64,000 nt of DNA from an uncultured Fibrobacterota bacterium (GTDB taxonomy: Bacteria; Fibrobacterota; Chitinivibrionia; Chitinivibrionales; FEN-1185). The notes beneath the pieces were generated by a model. It searched no databases. It was given only the letters and a program-made list of their open reading frames with translations, and had not been told where the DNA came from. The stretch is from the NCBI GenBank assembly GCA_963753345.1, contig CAVWBU010000027.1:64001-128000 (forward strand), written 5' to 3'. Of this stretch, positions 11,601-19,861 are shown piece by piece. The position numbers and the translations under genes were made by a program. The first letter of the stretch is position 1, and each line of letters begins with the position of its first letter.

Positions 11601-11788
11601 TCGCCATGATCCCCATGGGTTTTTTCGGCGGCGCAGAGGGCGCGACCACGAGTTCCATGGCCCTGTCGGTGATCGGCGGCCTTATAAGCGCAACGTTCCT
11701 CACGCTGTTTGTCGTGCCGCTTGTCTACAACGCGTTCGACAGATTCGGCGCATGGGTGAAGCGGGGGTTCAAGAGGGTGATTGGATGA
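8684..11788 (+). CDS. RND efflux permease (AcrB/AcrD/AcrF family)
   Basis: 1034 aa; LPLDMLPDISYP, GRLVDDAVVVIENI, RLRPVIIT. Confidence 0.95.
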   Translation: MTEQESTKKINPLVEFSVSKRVTITMLILIVMVFGFLSFTRLPLDMLPDISYPVITVMTSYTGVAPEEVERLVTVPLEGVIAGVNRVKKVSSTTSEGYSTISVEFEWGTNLDAGGQDIKDFISRIKDFLPDGVSEPLVLKFNTAQIPMMFSGVSGIDNPYKLKKFLEDNVQQRLQRLDGVAQVLVYGGTDREIQVAVDPTRLKGKGLSVDGIATALGAQNMNTPAGYMVNGGTDYLVRAMGEFANIDDIRNSIVGAAADGTPVRLYEVADVKDTYKEKRSLSRMNGRPTVFLIISKQSGANTLKVSKAVNKEIEAIKKANPQLIFHTIFDQGEPVERVTGRTIREGVIGAFLAIILLLIFLGNLRPTLIIAVAIPLSIITTFIALYVGGFTLNLMTLGGFALGIGRLVDDAVVVIENIYRHLMKGEPPNVAARRGASEVSMAIAASTFTTIIVFLPLLFSTGLAGQLTRGLCLTIMFALLASLFVAFTIVPMLSSVFFRKPKKDNAAWFESVKDWYGSWLTRVLNHPWITAGVVGAVLVVSLVVGVKFLGKEFMPEEDNGMMVLNVDMPQGTPLEETAGLTAQLQKLLASYPEVGFVGEMVGVDDESSRHGEGVTGPNGAQVFVRLLDPGKRTRTQQQIQDDFRARLPKLKNANITLASMSGFNMGGGKPVAVNIYGSNLATLSDISQNVLDRIKTIPGIKEAESSFSKARPEYHFVIDRQKALLYGLAPIQVQTALQAANLGTVATQFRTGDEEIDVRVILDKRFRDKLDYLRQLPLKTPAGVTIPLSQVATILPAEGPVVIKRDNKFRVGIVDANITGRPLGAIVSDVKTQLASVEKSLPSGYYISYKGDYENMQESFQQLGLALILAVLLIYMVMASQFESLVHPFTIMFTIPLAGIGVVWILLLLGKTLSMVSFLGVIILTGIVVSNGIVMVDYINQCRHGGMAIRDAILEGCRTRLRPVIITAGATIIAMIPMGFFGGAEGATTSSMALSVIGGLISATFLTLFVVPLVYNAFDRFGAWVKRGFKRVIG

Positions 11789-11815
11789 TACGGAAAAGCG
11801 TGGATGCGCCAATTC

Positions 11816-11854
11816 GTTGATGAGGTGGAGCGTTGGAGAGTTAGGGTCTTGAGG
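11816..11854 (+). repeat. Degenerate 8-nt tandem repeat (GTTGGAGC-like x5)
   Basis: gttgatga ggtggagc gttggaga gttagggt cttgagg. Confidence 0.6.
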
Positions 11855-11908
11855 TTATAACTGGGAAGAGAGAGCGCCAATGTCCATCCCCGGGCTCAGA
11901 CGACGACT

Positions 11909-12901
11909 ATGATCGCAGTACGAACCGAAAATCTTGCGAAACGCTTCAAGGCCGCGGTTGCGGTGGACGGCATTTCTTTCGATGTGCGGGAAGGCGAGGT
12001 GTTCGGCTTCCTTGGCCCGAACGGCGCGGGAAAGACCACCACCATCAATATGCTTTCGACACTGATCTCGCCGTCGTCCGGCAGCGCCGAAATCATGGGC
12101 TACGACATTGTCAAGAGACGCAACGAGGTGCGCCGCTCCATCGGGGTCGTGTTCCAGGAGCCGGCGCTCGACAGCAGGCTTACCGGCAGGGAAAACCTTG
12201 AGTTCCATGCACACATGTACGGCATGCCGGCACAGGAACGCCGAAGCAGGATCGCCGAAGTGCTTGCACTTGTCGAACTTGACGAAAAGGCGGGCGCACG
12301 TGTGGAAACCTATTCCGGCGGCATGAAACGGAGGCTCGAAATCGCGCGCGGCCTTATGCACCGGCCCAAGGTCTTGTTCCTCGACGAGCCGACCATCGGG
12401 CTTGATGCCCAGACCCGCCGCCATATCTGGACATATGTAAAGAAGCTCAACGATGAAACCGGCATCACCATGATACTCACCACGCACTACATGGAGGAAG
12501 CGGACGCCCTGTCACACCGCATCCTTATTCTCGACCGCGGCCGGATCGTGGCGCTCGACACCCCCTCGGTCCTCAAAGACGTGGTGGGCGGTGACGTGAT
12601 AGAGCTCGTTATCGGCGGCGATGCCACCGCATTTGTCAATTTCATGCGCTCGACCGACTGGGTAACAAACGTCGTCGCGGAGCGCGAAGTCGTGCGCCTT
12701 AGCCTGGACAAGGCCGAGTCGCACGTTGCGCCCGTGGTCCAGGCGGCCGTCGATAGCGGCGTTTCGCTGTCGTCGGTGAGCATCAGGAAGCCGAGCCTCG
12801 ACGACGTGTTCATTCATTTTACCGGCAAGACAATTCGTGAAGTCGGAAACGACGCCGCGGTCGGGAAACGTCCGGGCCGCAGGCACGGGAGACACAGGTG
12901 A
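11909..12901 (+). CDS. ABC transporter ATP-binding protein (DrrA-like)
   Basis: [31 protein letters not shown]. Confidence 0.95.
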   Translation: MIAVRTENLAKRFKAAVAVDGISFDVREGEVFGFLGPNGAGKTTTINMLSTLISPSSGSAEIMGYDIVKRRNEVRRSIGVVFQEPALDSRLTGRENLEFHAHMYGMPAQERRSRIAEVLALVELDEKAGARVETYSGGMKRRLEIARGLMHRPKVLFLDEPTIGLDAQTRRHIWTYVKKLNDETGITMILTTHYMEEADALSHRILILDRGRIVALDTPSVLKDVVGGDVIELVIGGDATAFVNFMRSTDWVTNVVAEREVVRLSLDKAESHVAPVVQAAVDSGVSLSSVSIRKPSLDDVFIHFTGKTIREVGNDAAVGKRPGRRHGRHR

Positions 12902-12920
12902 GCAGGGAAGCGGAGAGACC

Positions 12921-13682
12921 GTGCGGATTGTAATGGTTATTTTTATCCTGTGGCTCAGGGACATGAAACGCTTCATGCGGTCGCCGTCGCGCATTGTCGG
13001 CAGCATAACGCTTCCGCTGCTCACGCTCGTGGCGCTTGGCGCGGGCTTCGGCCGCATGCCGATCCCCGGCATGAATTCCCCGAACTACCTTTCCTTTCTT
13101 GTGCCCGGCATGGTGGGAATGACCATCCTGTTCGGCGGCGTTTTTTCCGGCATGTCGGTGTTGTGGGACCGGCAATACGGGTTTCTCAAGGAAATCATGG
13201 TTGCGCCGGTGCCCCGTGTTGCGATTGTCATCGGCCGCATTGCGAGCGGCAGCACCACCGGCGTTATCCAAGCAACGGTGATCGCGCTGGTTTCATCCTT
13301 CCTCGGCTTTACGCTGCCGTCGGTGTCGGGGTTCATGCTCGCCCTGGTATTCATGATTTTTATTTCGGTGATCTTCACCGGTATCGGGCTCGTGTTCGCT
13401 TCACGCATGAAAGACGAGCAGGGGTTCGGCCTGATCATGAATTTCCTCATCCTGCCGTTCCTGTTCTTGTCGGGCGCCTTTGCGCCGATCAACAACCTGC
13501 CCGCATGGGTGAGAACTCTTTCGTACGTTGATCCCCTGACCTATGGTGTCGAAGGCCTGCGGGCGGCGCTGCTCGGCGCGTCGGCGATCTCACTTGCCCT
13601 GAGTTTTTCCGTGTGCGCGGTGTGCGCAACGCTGCTGGTGCTTGTGGGCGCATGGTTCTTTGAAACGAGCGAAGCGGTGTAG
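12921..13682 (+). CDS. ABC-2 type transporter permease (DrrB-like)
   Basis: Six hydrophobic segments; DRQYGFLKEIMVAPVPR, DPLTYGVEGLR; start GTG 12921 or ATG 12933. Confidence 0.92.
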   Translation: MRIVMVIFILWLRDMKRFMRSPSRIVGSITLPLLTLVALGAGFGRMPIPGMNSPNYLSFLVPGMVGMTILFGGVFSGMSVLWDRQYGFLKEIMVAPVPRVAIVIGRIASGSTTGVIQATVIALVSSFLGFTLPSVSGFMLALVFMIFISVIFTGIGLVFASRMKDEQGFGLIMNFLILPFLFLSGAFAPINNLPAWVRTLSYVDPLTYGVEGLRAALLGASAISLALSFSVCAVCATLLVLVGAWFFETSEAV

Positions 13683-13688
13683 AAATGT

Positions 13689-13727
13689 GTTGAAGTGTTG
13701 GTGCGTTGGAGCGTTAATGGGTTGAGG
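13689..13727 (+). repeat. Degenerate 8-nt tandem repeat (GTTGGAGC-like x5)
   Basis: gttgaagt gttggtgc gttggagc gttaatgg gttgagg. Confidence 0.6.
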
Positions 13728-13755
13728 AGCAGACGCATGGATTTAATGGAAGAAA

Positions 13756-13789
13756 AGAAAGGCGTTCGGATTAACGCCTTTCTCGTTTT
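13756..13789. terminator. Intrinsic terminator between convergent genes
   Basis: AGAAAGGCGTT-loop-AACGCCTTTCT with flanking A/T runs. Confidence 0.7.
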
Positions 13790-13825
13790 ACGGAAACTCT
13801 CTTGCTTTTAGAGAACCGAGAAAAT

Positions 13826-14761
13826 TTATTGAAACCAGCGGCGCGTTTTTGCCGTTTTGCCCGTCTTTTTCCGCACATCCTTTGAAGGGGCTGCCGCCGG
13901 TTTGTTCCGGCTTGCGGTGTCCGGCTTTGCCGCAGCCTTAGCCGCGGTATCCGAAGAAGAATCCCTTGGAGGAGGAAGACCGGACAGCGACATGTATCCG
14001 GAATCGTCGAGCATGTGCCTTCTGTAAAGATTGTTCGCCATCACCGTGACTCGCTTCTGAATGAACGCGCTCTTGTCGTTGAGAGGGGAAAGCCTGCTCG
14101 GCATGGCAAGCGTGGCGGCAAGCCGCGATGCTTCGGCCATGGTGAGCCGGGAGCTTGACTTTTTGTAATACTCACGGGCCGCCGCTTCGCATCCGAAGAT
14201 GGTGTCGCCCCATTGCGCATAGTTGAGGTAGAGCTCGAGGATCCTGTCTTTGCCGAGGTACTTTTCCAAAAGCAGAGTGTATCCCATTTCCTTTATCTTG
14301 CGCATGAAATTCTTGTCGTGGTCGCAGAATAGATTTTTCGCGAGCTGCTGTGTGATGGTGCTCGCGCCACGGACGATCCGGTTCTTGTCCTTGTTGTACT
14401 CGATGGCCGCAAGCATCGCCTCGATGTCGAACCCCGGGTGCGTGTAGAAGCCGTCGTCTTCAACGGCAATCACCGCGTTCTGCAATGCCGGGGAAATTGA
14501 ATCGAGCGGGACAAAACGCTGCTGCAGCGCGTCAGGCTTCTTCTGTTCTCGCAGGGAAGCCCGGTACTGCTTCATGTAGGCGGTTTCGAGCGGGTTGTGG
14601 TCGACAAGGTACTGAACGTCCCGCAAGGGTCTGGTGACGGCAAACCAGCCCCACACGATGATCGCGGTGCCTGCCAGCGAGAACGCCACCGCGTAAGCGA
14701 GAAACGCGGTCTTGAAAATGTTCCAGATGAGAAAAAAAATCTTGGATAATCGCCACGTCAT
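13826..14761 (-). CDS. mtgA: Monofunctional biosynthetic peptidoglycan transglycosylase (GT51)
   Basis: EDDGFYTHPG, GASTITQQLAKNLF, RKIKE, KDRILELYLN; N-terminal TM; no transpeptidase domain. Confidence 0.9.
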   Translation of the reverse strand: MTWRLSKIFFLIWNIFKTAFLAYAVAFSLAGTAIIVWGWFAVTRPLRDVQYLVDHNPLETAYMKQYRASLREQKKPDALQQRFVPLDSISPALQNAVIAVEDDGFYTHPGFDIEAMLAAIEYNKDKNRIVRGASTITQQLAKNLFCDHDKNFMRKIKEMGYTLLLEKYLGKDRILELYLNYAQWGDTIFGCEAAAREYYKKSSSRLTMAEASRLAATLAMPSRLSPLNDKSAFIQKRVTVMANNLYRRHMLDDSGYMSLSGLPPPRDSSSDTAAKAAAKPDTASRNKPAAAPSKDVRKKTGKTAKTRRWFQ

Positions 14762-14918
14762 TATGGTATACTATTTTAAGAAAAGTTGTCCGGCCGCGCA
14801 CGGAGATACCGTGGTTCCGCGGCGAAGGGTTTAAAATAGTTGTTTTTCTGCGTCATACCTCCTGTTTTCGGCTGCAAGCAAGGATGGCAGGGGGATGATA
14901 ATAGGGGAAGGAAGCAGC

Positions 14919-15371
14919 ATGGAGGACAATTCTTACGGCGTCGTGAGCCTTTTTCTCGTTTTTATGGCCATTGCAATAGCGCTGGGCGCGGTCATTCCCA
15001 CGGCGCCGCTCATGGGTGCATTGTACGTTGTGATCGTCCTGTTCGGCTTTGTGCTCGTACTGGTTTCCTACTGCGCAAAATGCCCGTGTCGCCAGGGCGG
15101 CTGCGGCCATGTTATGCCGGGAAAACTCGTTAAATTCCTTCCCAAGAGAAAAGAAGGACCGTATTCGCTCACCGATTACGTCTTCACCGCAATCGGCCTG
15201 GCAGCCATTCTTCTCATTCCGCAACTATGGCTGATCCGCAACATTCCCGCGCTCGTTCTGTTCTGGGGATGCGCGGTCGTTGCGGCGCTCATTTCGTACT
15301 TTCTCGTGTGCCCGGACTGTCCGAACAAGAACTGCTATTTGTGCGGAAACAGGGTGAAGACGAAAAAGTAA
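14919..15371 (+). CDS. Hypothetical 4-TM membrane protein with two Cys clusters
   Basis: CAKCPC...CGH and CPDCPNKNCYLC; hydrophobic segments; alternative start at 14895. Confidence 0.75.
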   Translation: MEDNSYGVVSLFLVFMAIAIALGAVIPTAPLMGALYVVIVLFGFVLVLVSYCAKCPCRQGGCGHVMPGKLVKFLPKRKEGPYSLTDYVFTAIGLAAILLIPQLWLIRNIPALVLFWGCAVVAALISYFLVCPDCPNKNCYLCGNRVKTKK

Positions 15372-15536
15372 GACCCGGCTGAAATTGATTGCTGATTACT
15401 TTCCCACTTCGAGCCTCTCATTGACAATGTTCTTCATTATGACTCGTTGACATGATATGCGTGGCCACCCTTGGCGATGTATACCGTAAGCTAACAAGCA
15501 TCGGTCAGTGACGCTAAAGGAGGATTTGTCAACCAG

Positions 15537-16535
15537 ATGACGGACAGACTTTCCATCGGTATTGTCAATTACAACGGCGGGTCCTATCTGAAGAAATGCG
15601 TTCTCTCCGCAATTACTCAGGGAAAGGTTTTCGTTTACGACAACGCCTCCACAGACGGATCATTTGAGACCATTGCGGACATCGAGATCGTCACCAGGAT
15701 CAAGGGGGCAAAAAACCGCGGGTATGCCTTTGCCTGCAACCGTCTCATCGAGGCAATGAACAGCGAATTCGTTGCGGTGGCAAACATGGATTTGGAGTTC
15801 GATCCCTCCTGGTCCGCTCAGATTTGCGCAGCGTTCGATTCCAGCCCTGATGCGGATGCTGTTGCGTCGGTCGTGCTGGAGCATGGAGAACCCGTGACCG
15901 TGAATTTTGCGGGCATGGGATTCTTTCCGGACTTGCACACGCAGAGCATTTACGCCGGATCGGATCCGTCTTCGATTCCCGCAGCGCCGGCTTTTATTTT
16001 CAGCTCCTACGGCGCGGTCATGGCGTTCAGGAAGACGCTCTTCGCGGCGGTCGGTTTTTTCGACGAGGACTATTTTCTCTTCTATGAAGAAACGGAATTC
16101 TTCTGGCGTATGAACCTCTACGGCAGGAAAACGCTGTACTGGCCCGGCGCGCGGGTGTTGCATTACCGGTCGCTTGCCACGCAACGATACTCGCCGCTCA
16201 AGCTGTTTTACACCGAGCGAAATCGGATTTATACCGGCCTGAAAATATTACCCGTTGCACTGTACCCCGGGCTCTTCCTGTGGTCGCTGTATCGGCTGTG
16301 GCGCATGAGGATGGCCGCCGATTCTTCACAAAGGGAAAAAATGAAGGAGAGGGGTTCGTCCGCAATCCGCATTCTGTGGACGGTTGCATCGGCATGGATC
16401 GCCGCGCTCGTGAAGTTCCCGGAAATCGCGCGGAAACGGCGGATCTTGTGGGCCAAATCGGGCGCGAATCCGCGGAAGGCGGCGGCGATCCTGAAGAAGT
16501 ACCGGCTGTCGTGGAGCGCGCTCACGCTCAAGTGA
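15537..16535 (+). CDS. Glycosyltransferase family 2
   Basis: SIGIVNYNG, YDNASTDGS, NRGYAFACN, NMD, GFFDEDYFLFYEETE; AAGGAGG upstream. Confidence 0.92.
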   Translation: MTDRLSIGIVNYNGGSYLKKCVLSAITQGKVFVYDNASTDGSFETIADIEIVTRIKGAKNRGYAFACNRLIEAMNSEFVAVANMDLEFDPSWSAQICAAFDSSPDADAVASVVLEHGEPVTVNFAGMGFFPDLHTQSIYAGSDPSSIPAAPAFIFSSYGAVMAFRKTLFAAVGFFDEDYFLFYEETEFFWRMNLYGRKTLYWPGARVLHYRSLATQRYSPLKLFYTERNRIYTGLKILPVALYPGLFLWSLYRLWRMRMAADSSQREKMKERGSSAIRILWTVASAWIAALVKFPEIARKRRILWAKSGANPRKAAAILKKYRLSWSALTLK

Positions 16536-16612
16536 GGCGTCAGGTAAATCTGTTGCCCGCATTTGATTCCGCTCTTTGCTTTTCCCCGAAGAATCTTCTA
16601 TTTTTCCTGGTC

Positions 16613-17416
16613 ATGAAAATCATCGACTTTCACACCCATATATTTCCCGACAAGCTCGCCGAACGTGCTCTCAATGCCCTCAAGGCCCATTCTCCCGAAG
16701 CAAAATCGTACAGCGACGGAACGCTTTCCGGGCTGAGAAAATCCATGAAACAGGCGGGCGTGTCGCGCGCGGTATTGCTTCCCATCGCCACAAAACCCTC
16801 GCAGGTTGCGACAATAAACAAAACGTGCGCGGACCTCATGGCGGATGACACCGTTCCTTTCGGGACATTGCATCCGGGAGCAGACACCTTTGCAAAGGAT
16901 ATTTCTGCGCTCGTTTCGTCCGGCGTCAAGGGCATAAAGTTTCATCCGGAGTACCAGGACTTTTACATAGGCGAACCGCGCTATTTCCGCATCTACGAAG
17001 CGATCCAATCGGCGGGCTTGGTCGTTGTTTTCCATGCAGGAAAAGACCCCGGGCCGTTTACCTGCGATCATGCGCTGCCGCCGGCATTCCTGGAAATCAA
17101 CAAGAATTTTCCCCGGTTGAAGATCGTGGCCGCCCATATGGGAGGGTGGAGAGTGTGGGACGACGTGGAGAAATACATGCTCGATCTTCCGATTTACTTT
17201 GATGCCTCCGCGATAAGGGAATGGATGAAGCCCGATGAATTCGTGCGGCTTGCGCGGAAGCACGGAACAGACCGCATCCTGTTCGGCTCTGATTCACCGT
17301 GGTTTGATCAGGCGGCGGATGTGCGGTGGTTCGATGCTATGAAAATCACCAGCGATGAGAAGGAAAAGATATTTCACAAGAACGCGGAGGCGCTGCTCGG
17401 AGAAAGTGCGCTGTAG
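16613..17416 (+). CDS. Amidohydrolase family protein (Amidohydro_2)
   Basis: IIDFHTH, GIKFHP, FHAG, AAHMGG, ILFGSDSPW. Confidence 0.92.
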   Translation: MKIIDFHTHIFPDKLAERALNALKAHSPEAKSYSDGTLSGLRKSMKQAGVSRAVLLPIATKPSQVATINKTCADLMADDTVPFGTLHPGADTFAKDISALVSSGVKGIKFHPEYQDFYIGEPRYFRIYEAIQSAGLVVVFHAGKDPGPFTCDHALPPAFLEINKNFPRLKIVAAHMGGWRVWDDVEKYMLDLPIYFDASAIREWMKPDEFVRLARKHGTDRILFGSDSPWFDQAADVRWFDAMKITSDEKEKIFHKNAEALLGESAL

Positions 17417-17451
17417 CGGGACGTCAATCCAATCAAGTAAATTGTAGCACC

Positions 17452-19185
17452 ATGGAAAATCCTCAGCCAAACAGAACACAGGAACTCCTCTCCGGCGACG
17501 AGGCGGTTGCACGCGGGGCGTGGGAAGCCGGTTTGCGCGTGGCATGCGCATACCCCGGCACTCCGTCAACCGAGATCCTCGAGACACTCGCCGGTTTCAA
17601 GGATGTCGACGCGCAATGGTCGGTCAACGAGAAGGTGGCGTTCGAGGTGGCGCTCGGGTCGGCGATCGCGGGCGGTCGCAGCCTGTACGCATCCAAGCAT
17701 GTGGGCCTCAATGTCGCCATGGACCCGCTCATGACCGCCTCCTACACCGGCGTGAACGCCGGGTTCGTGGCCGTGGTGTGCGACGATCCCGGCCTTGCTT
17801 CGTCGCAGAACGAGCAGGACACGCGCTGGGTGGCGCCCTACGCCAAGCTCCCGATGATAGAGCCTGCCGGCCCCTCCGAGGCGCTTGCCTATGTCAAGGA
17901 GGCATTTTCCATAAGCGAACGATACGATACGCCCGTCCTTTTCAGAATGACCACCCGCGTGGCGCATTCAAAGGAAAACGTGGCGGTGGGCGCGCGGCAG
18001 GACGTCGCGCTGCGGCCTTTTGCGCCGGATATTCCGAAGTATGTCATGGTCCCCCGGAATGCCTACCAGAAGCACATCCGTGTGGAGAAAAGGCTTGTCG
18101 AGCTTGCCGCGTTTTCCGAAACAACGCCGCTTAACAGAATAGAGAAGGGGAGCGCGAAGCTCGGATTCGTCACCTCGGGAATTGCGTATCAGTATATCAG
18201 GGAAGCCTATCCGGAGGCGTCGGTTCTCAAACTCGGGTTCACCTTTCCGTTCTGCGATAAGAAGATCGCCCGGTTCGCGAAAAGCGTGAGAGAACTTGTT
18301 GTGGTGGAAGAGCTCGATCCGATCATTGAGGAACACGTGCGGATGCTCGGGATAAAGGCCAGGGCAAAACATGCTTCGTTCAGGATAAGCGAGCTTCTCC
18401 CCGAGCATATTCCTCTCATTTACAAAGGCTCGAAGAAGAAGGAAGTGCCTTCAACTGCGCGCAAGCCCGTTCTTTGTCCCGGATGCCCGCACCGTTTTGT
18501 GTTTTCGGTGCTCAAACGGAACAAGGCGATTGTCGCGGGCGACATCGGGTGCTACACGCTTGCGGCAACGCCGCCGCTGTCGACGCTTCACACCTGCCTG
18601 TGCATGGGGTCGGCAATCACCCTTCACGAAGGATTCAGAAGGATACTGCCGGACGGCAAAATCGTGGGCGTGCTGGGAGATTCCACGTTCGTTCATTCCG
18701 GCATCACGGGTCTTGTGAATGCGGCATACAACAGGATGAAGGGACTCATTGTCATCCTCGACAACTCGACCACGGCCATGACCGGCGGCCAGAACCACCC
18801 GGCCACGGGCAAAACCATCCGCGACGAACCAACCAAGCAGCTTTCGCTGGAAGGCATTTGCGCAGCATGCGGTGCGGACAATGTTGATGTGATAGATCCG
18901 AGGAACTTGAAACAGCTTGACGCGCTTGTGAAGCAGCGGCTTGCCGGTAACGGCCTGTCGGTGATCATTGCCCGGATGCCGTGCAAGCTTGTGGACCGGA
19001 ACAGATTGCCCATGCCGGAGTACGACCGGGCAAAATGCAAGACGTGCGGCCTGTGCTTCAATCTTGACTGCCCGGCGCTTGTCAAAACGGAAGACGGATA
19101 CGTAGACATCCAGAAATCGCTGTGCGCGGGCTGCTATTTGTGCGTGGAGACGTGCGCATCCGGCGCGCTCAAACGGCCGGGATGA
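17452..19185 (+). CDS. iorA: Indolepyruvate:ferredoxin oxidoreductase alpha subunit
   Basis: YPGTPSTEI, NEKVAFE, KHVGLNVA, SSQNEQD, LCPGCPHR, GDIGCY, GDSTF, ferredoxin Cys motifs. Confidence 0.95.
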   Translation: MENPQPNRTQELLSGDEAVARGAWEAGLRVACAYPGTPSTEILETLAGFKDVDAQWSVNEKVAFEVALGSAIAGGRSLYASKHVGLNVAMDPLMTASYTGVNAGFVAVVCDDPGLASSQNEQDTRWVAPYAKLPMIEPAGPSEALAYVKEAFSISERYDTPVLFRMTTRVAHSKENVAVGARQDVALRPFAPDIPKYVMVPRNAYQKHIRVEKRLVELAAFSETTPLNRIEKGSAKLGFVTSGIAYQYIREAYPEASVLKLGFTFPFCDKKIARFAKSVRELVVVEELDPIIEEHVRMLGIKARAKHASFRISELLPEHIPLIYKGSKKKEVPSTARKPVLCPGCPHRFVFSVLKRNKAIVAGDIGCYTLAATPPLSTLHTCLCMGSAITLHEGFRRILPDGKIVGVLGDSTFVHSGITGLVNAAYNRMKGLIVILDNSTTAMTGGQNHPATGKTIRDEPTKQLSLEGICAACGADNVDVIDPRNLKQLDALVKQRLAGNGLSVIIARMPCKLVDRNRLPMPEYDRAKCKTCGLCFNLDCPALVKTEDGYVDIQKSLCAGCYLCVETCASGALKRPG

Positions 19186-19189
19186 ACCC

Positions 19190-19307
19190 AAGTTGAATGT
19201 TGACAGTCGAAAGTTGAAAGCGGGCATAAAGGAGTGGACTCGGCAAGCTGTAAAGCCTTTTCAACGGCATTGATCCAACTTCCAACTTTCAACTTCCAAC
19301 TTTTAAC
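19190..19307. repeat. Inverted pair of 7-nt tandem repeat arrays (GTTGAAA-like)
   Basis: gttgaat gttgaca gtcgaaa gttgaaa ... ccaactt ccaactt tcaactt ccaactt ttaac. Confidence 0.7.
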
Positions 19308-19322
19308 ATCGGTGTTTTAACC

Positions 19323-19859
19323 ATGAGAAAAAGAGCATTTGTCAAGTCTTTCCCCGCCGAGCGGGTCTGGAACGTCTTCTTCTGCGGCACCGGCGGTCAG
19401 GGAGTTCTCACGGCCGCCGAGGTCTGCGCCATTGCCGCCATGCATGCAGGCTATCATGTGAAGAAATCGGAAGTGCACGGCATGGCCCAGCGCGGAGGGT
19501 CGGTGGAGTCGCACGTACGTTTCGGCAGGCGGATCTTTTCGCCGCTTATCAAGCTGAAGACAGCGGATTTCATCGTGAGCTTCCACGAAGGCGAGGGAAA
19601 CAGGCTTGCCTCGTACCTCAGGAAGGGCGGAACCACGTTTGTTCCGTTTCTCAAAGACCCGGCGTTCCAGCCCATTGACAGGCGCTTTCTCAACACGTAC
19701 TTCCTCGGCATTCTGAGCGCGTTGATGCCTGTACCGGAGGAAGCCTGGCGCCGCGCGCTGTCGCAACAGCTCAAGCGCGCCCTTGCGGAAAACCAGGCGG
19801 CATTCGGTGAGGGCAGAAAAGCCGGGTTCGCCCTTGCGGGCCGGCCGGCCGGGGCATAG
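19323..19859 (+). CDS. iorB: Indolepyruvate oxidoreductase beta subunit
   Basis: GTGGQGVL, SEVHGMAQRGGSVESHVRFG. Confidence 0.92.
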   Translation: MRKRAFVKSFPAERVWNVFFCGTGGQGVLTAAEVCAIAAMHAGYHVKKSEVHGMAQRGGSVESHVRFGRRIFSPLIKLKTADFIVSFHEGEGNRLASYLRKGGTTFVPFLKDPAFQPIDRRFLNTYFLGILSALMPVPEEAWRRALSQQLKRALAENQAAFGEGRKAGFALAGRPAGA

Positions 19860-19861
19860 GC

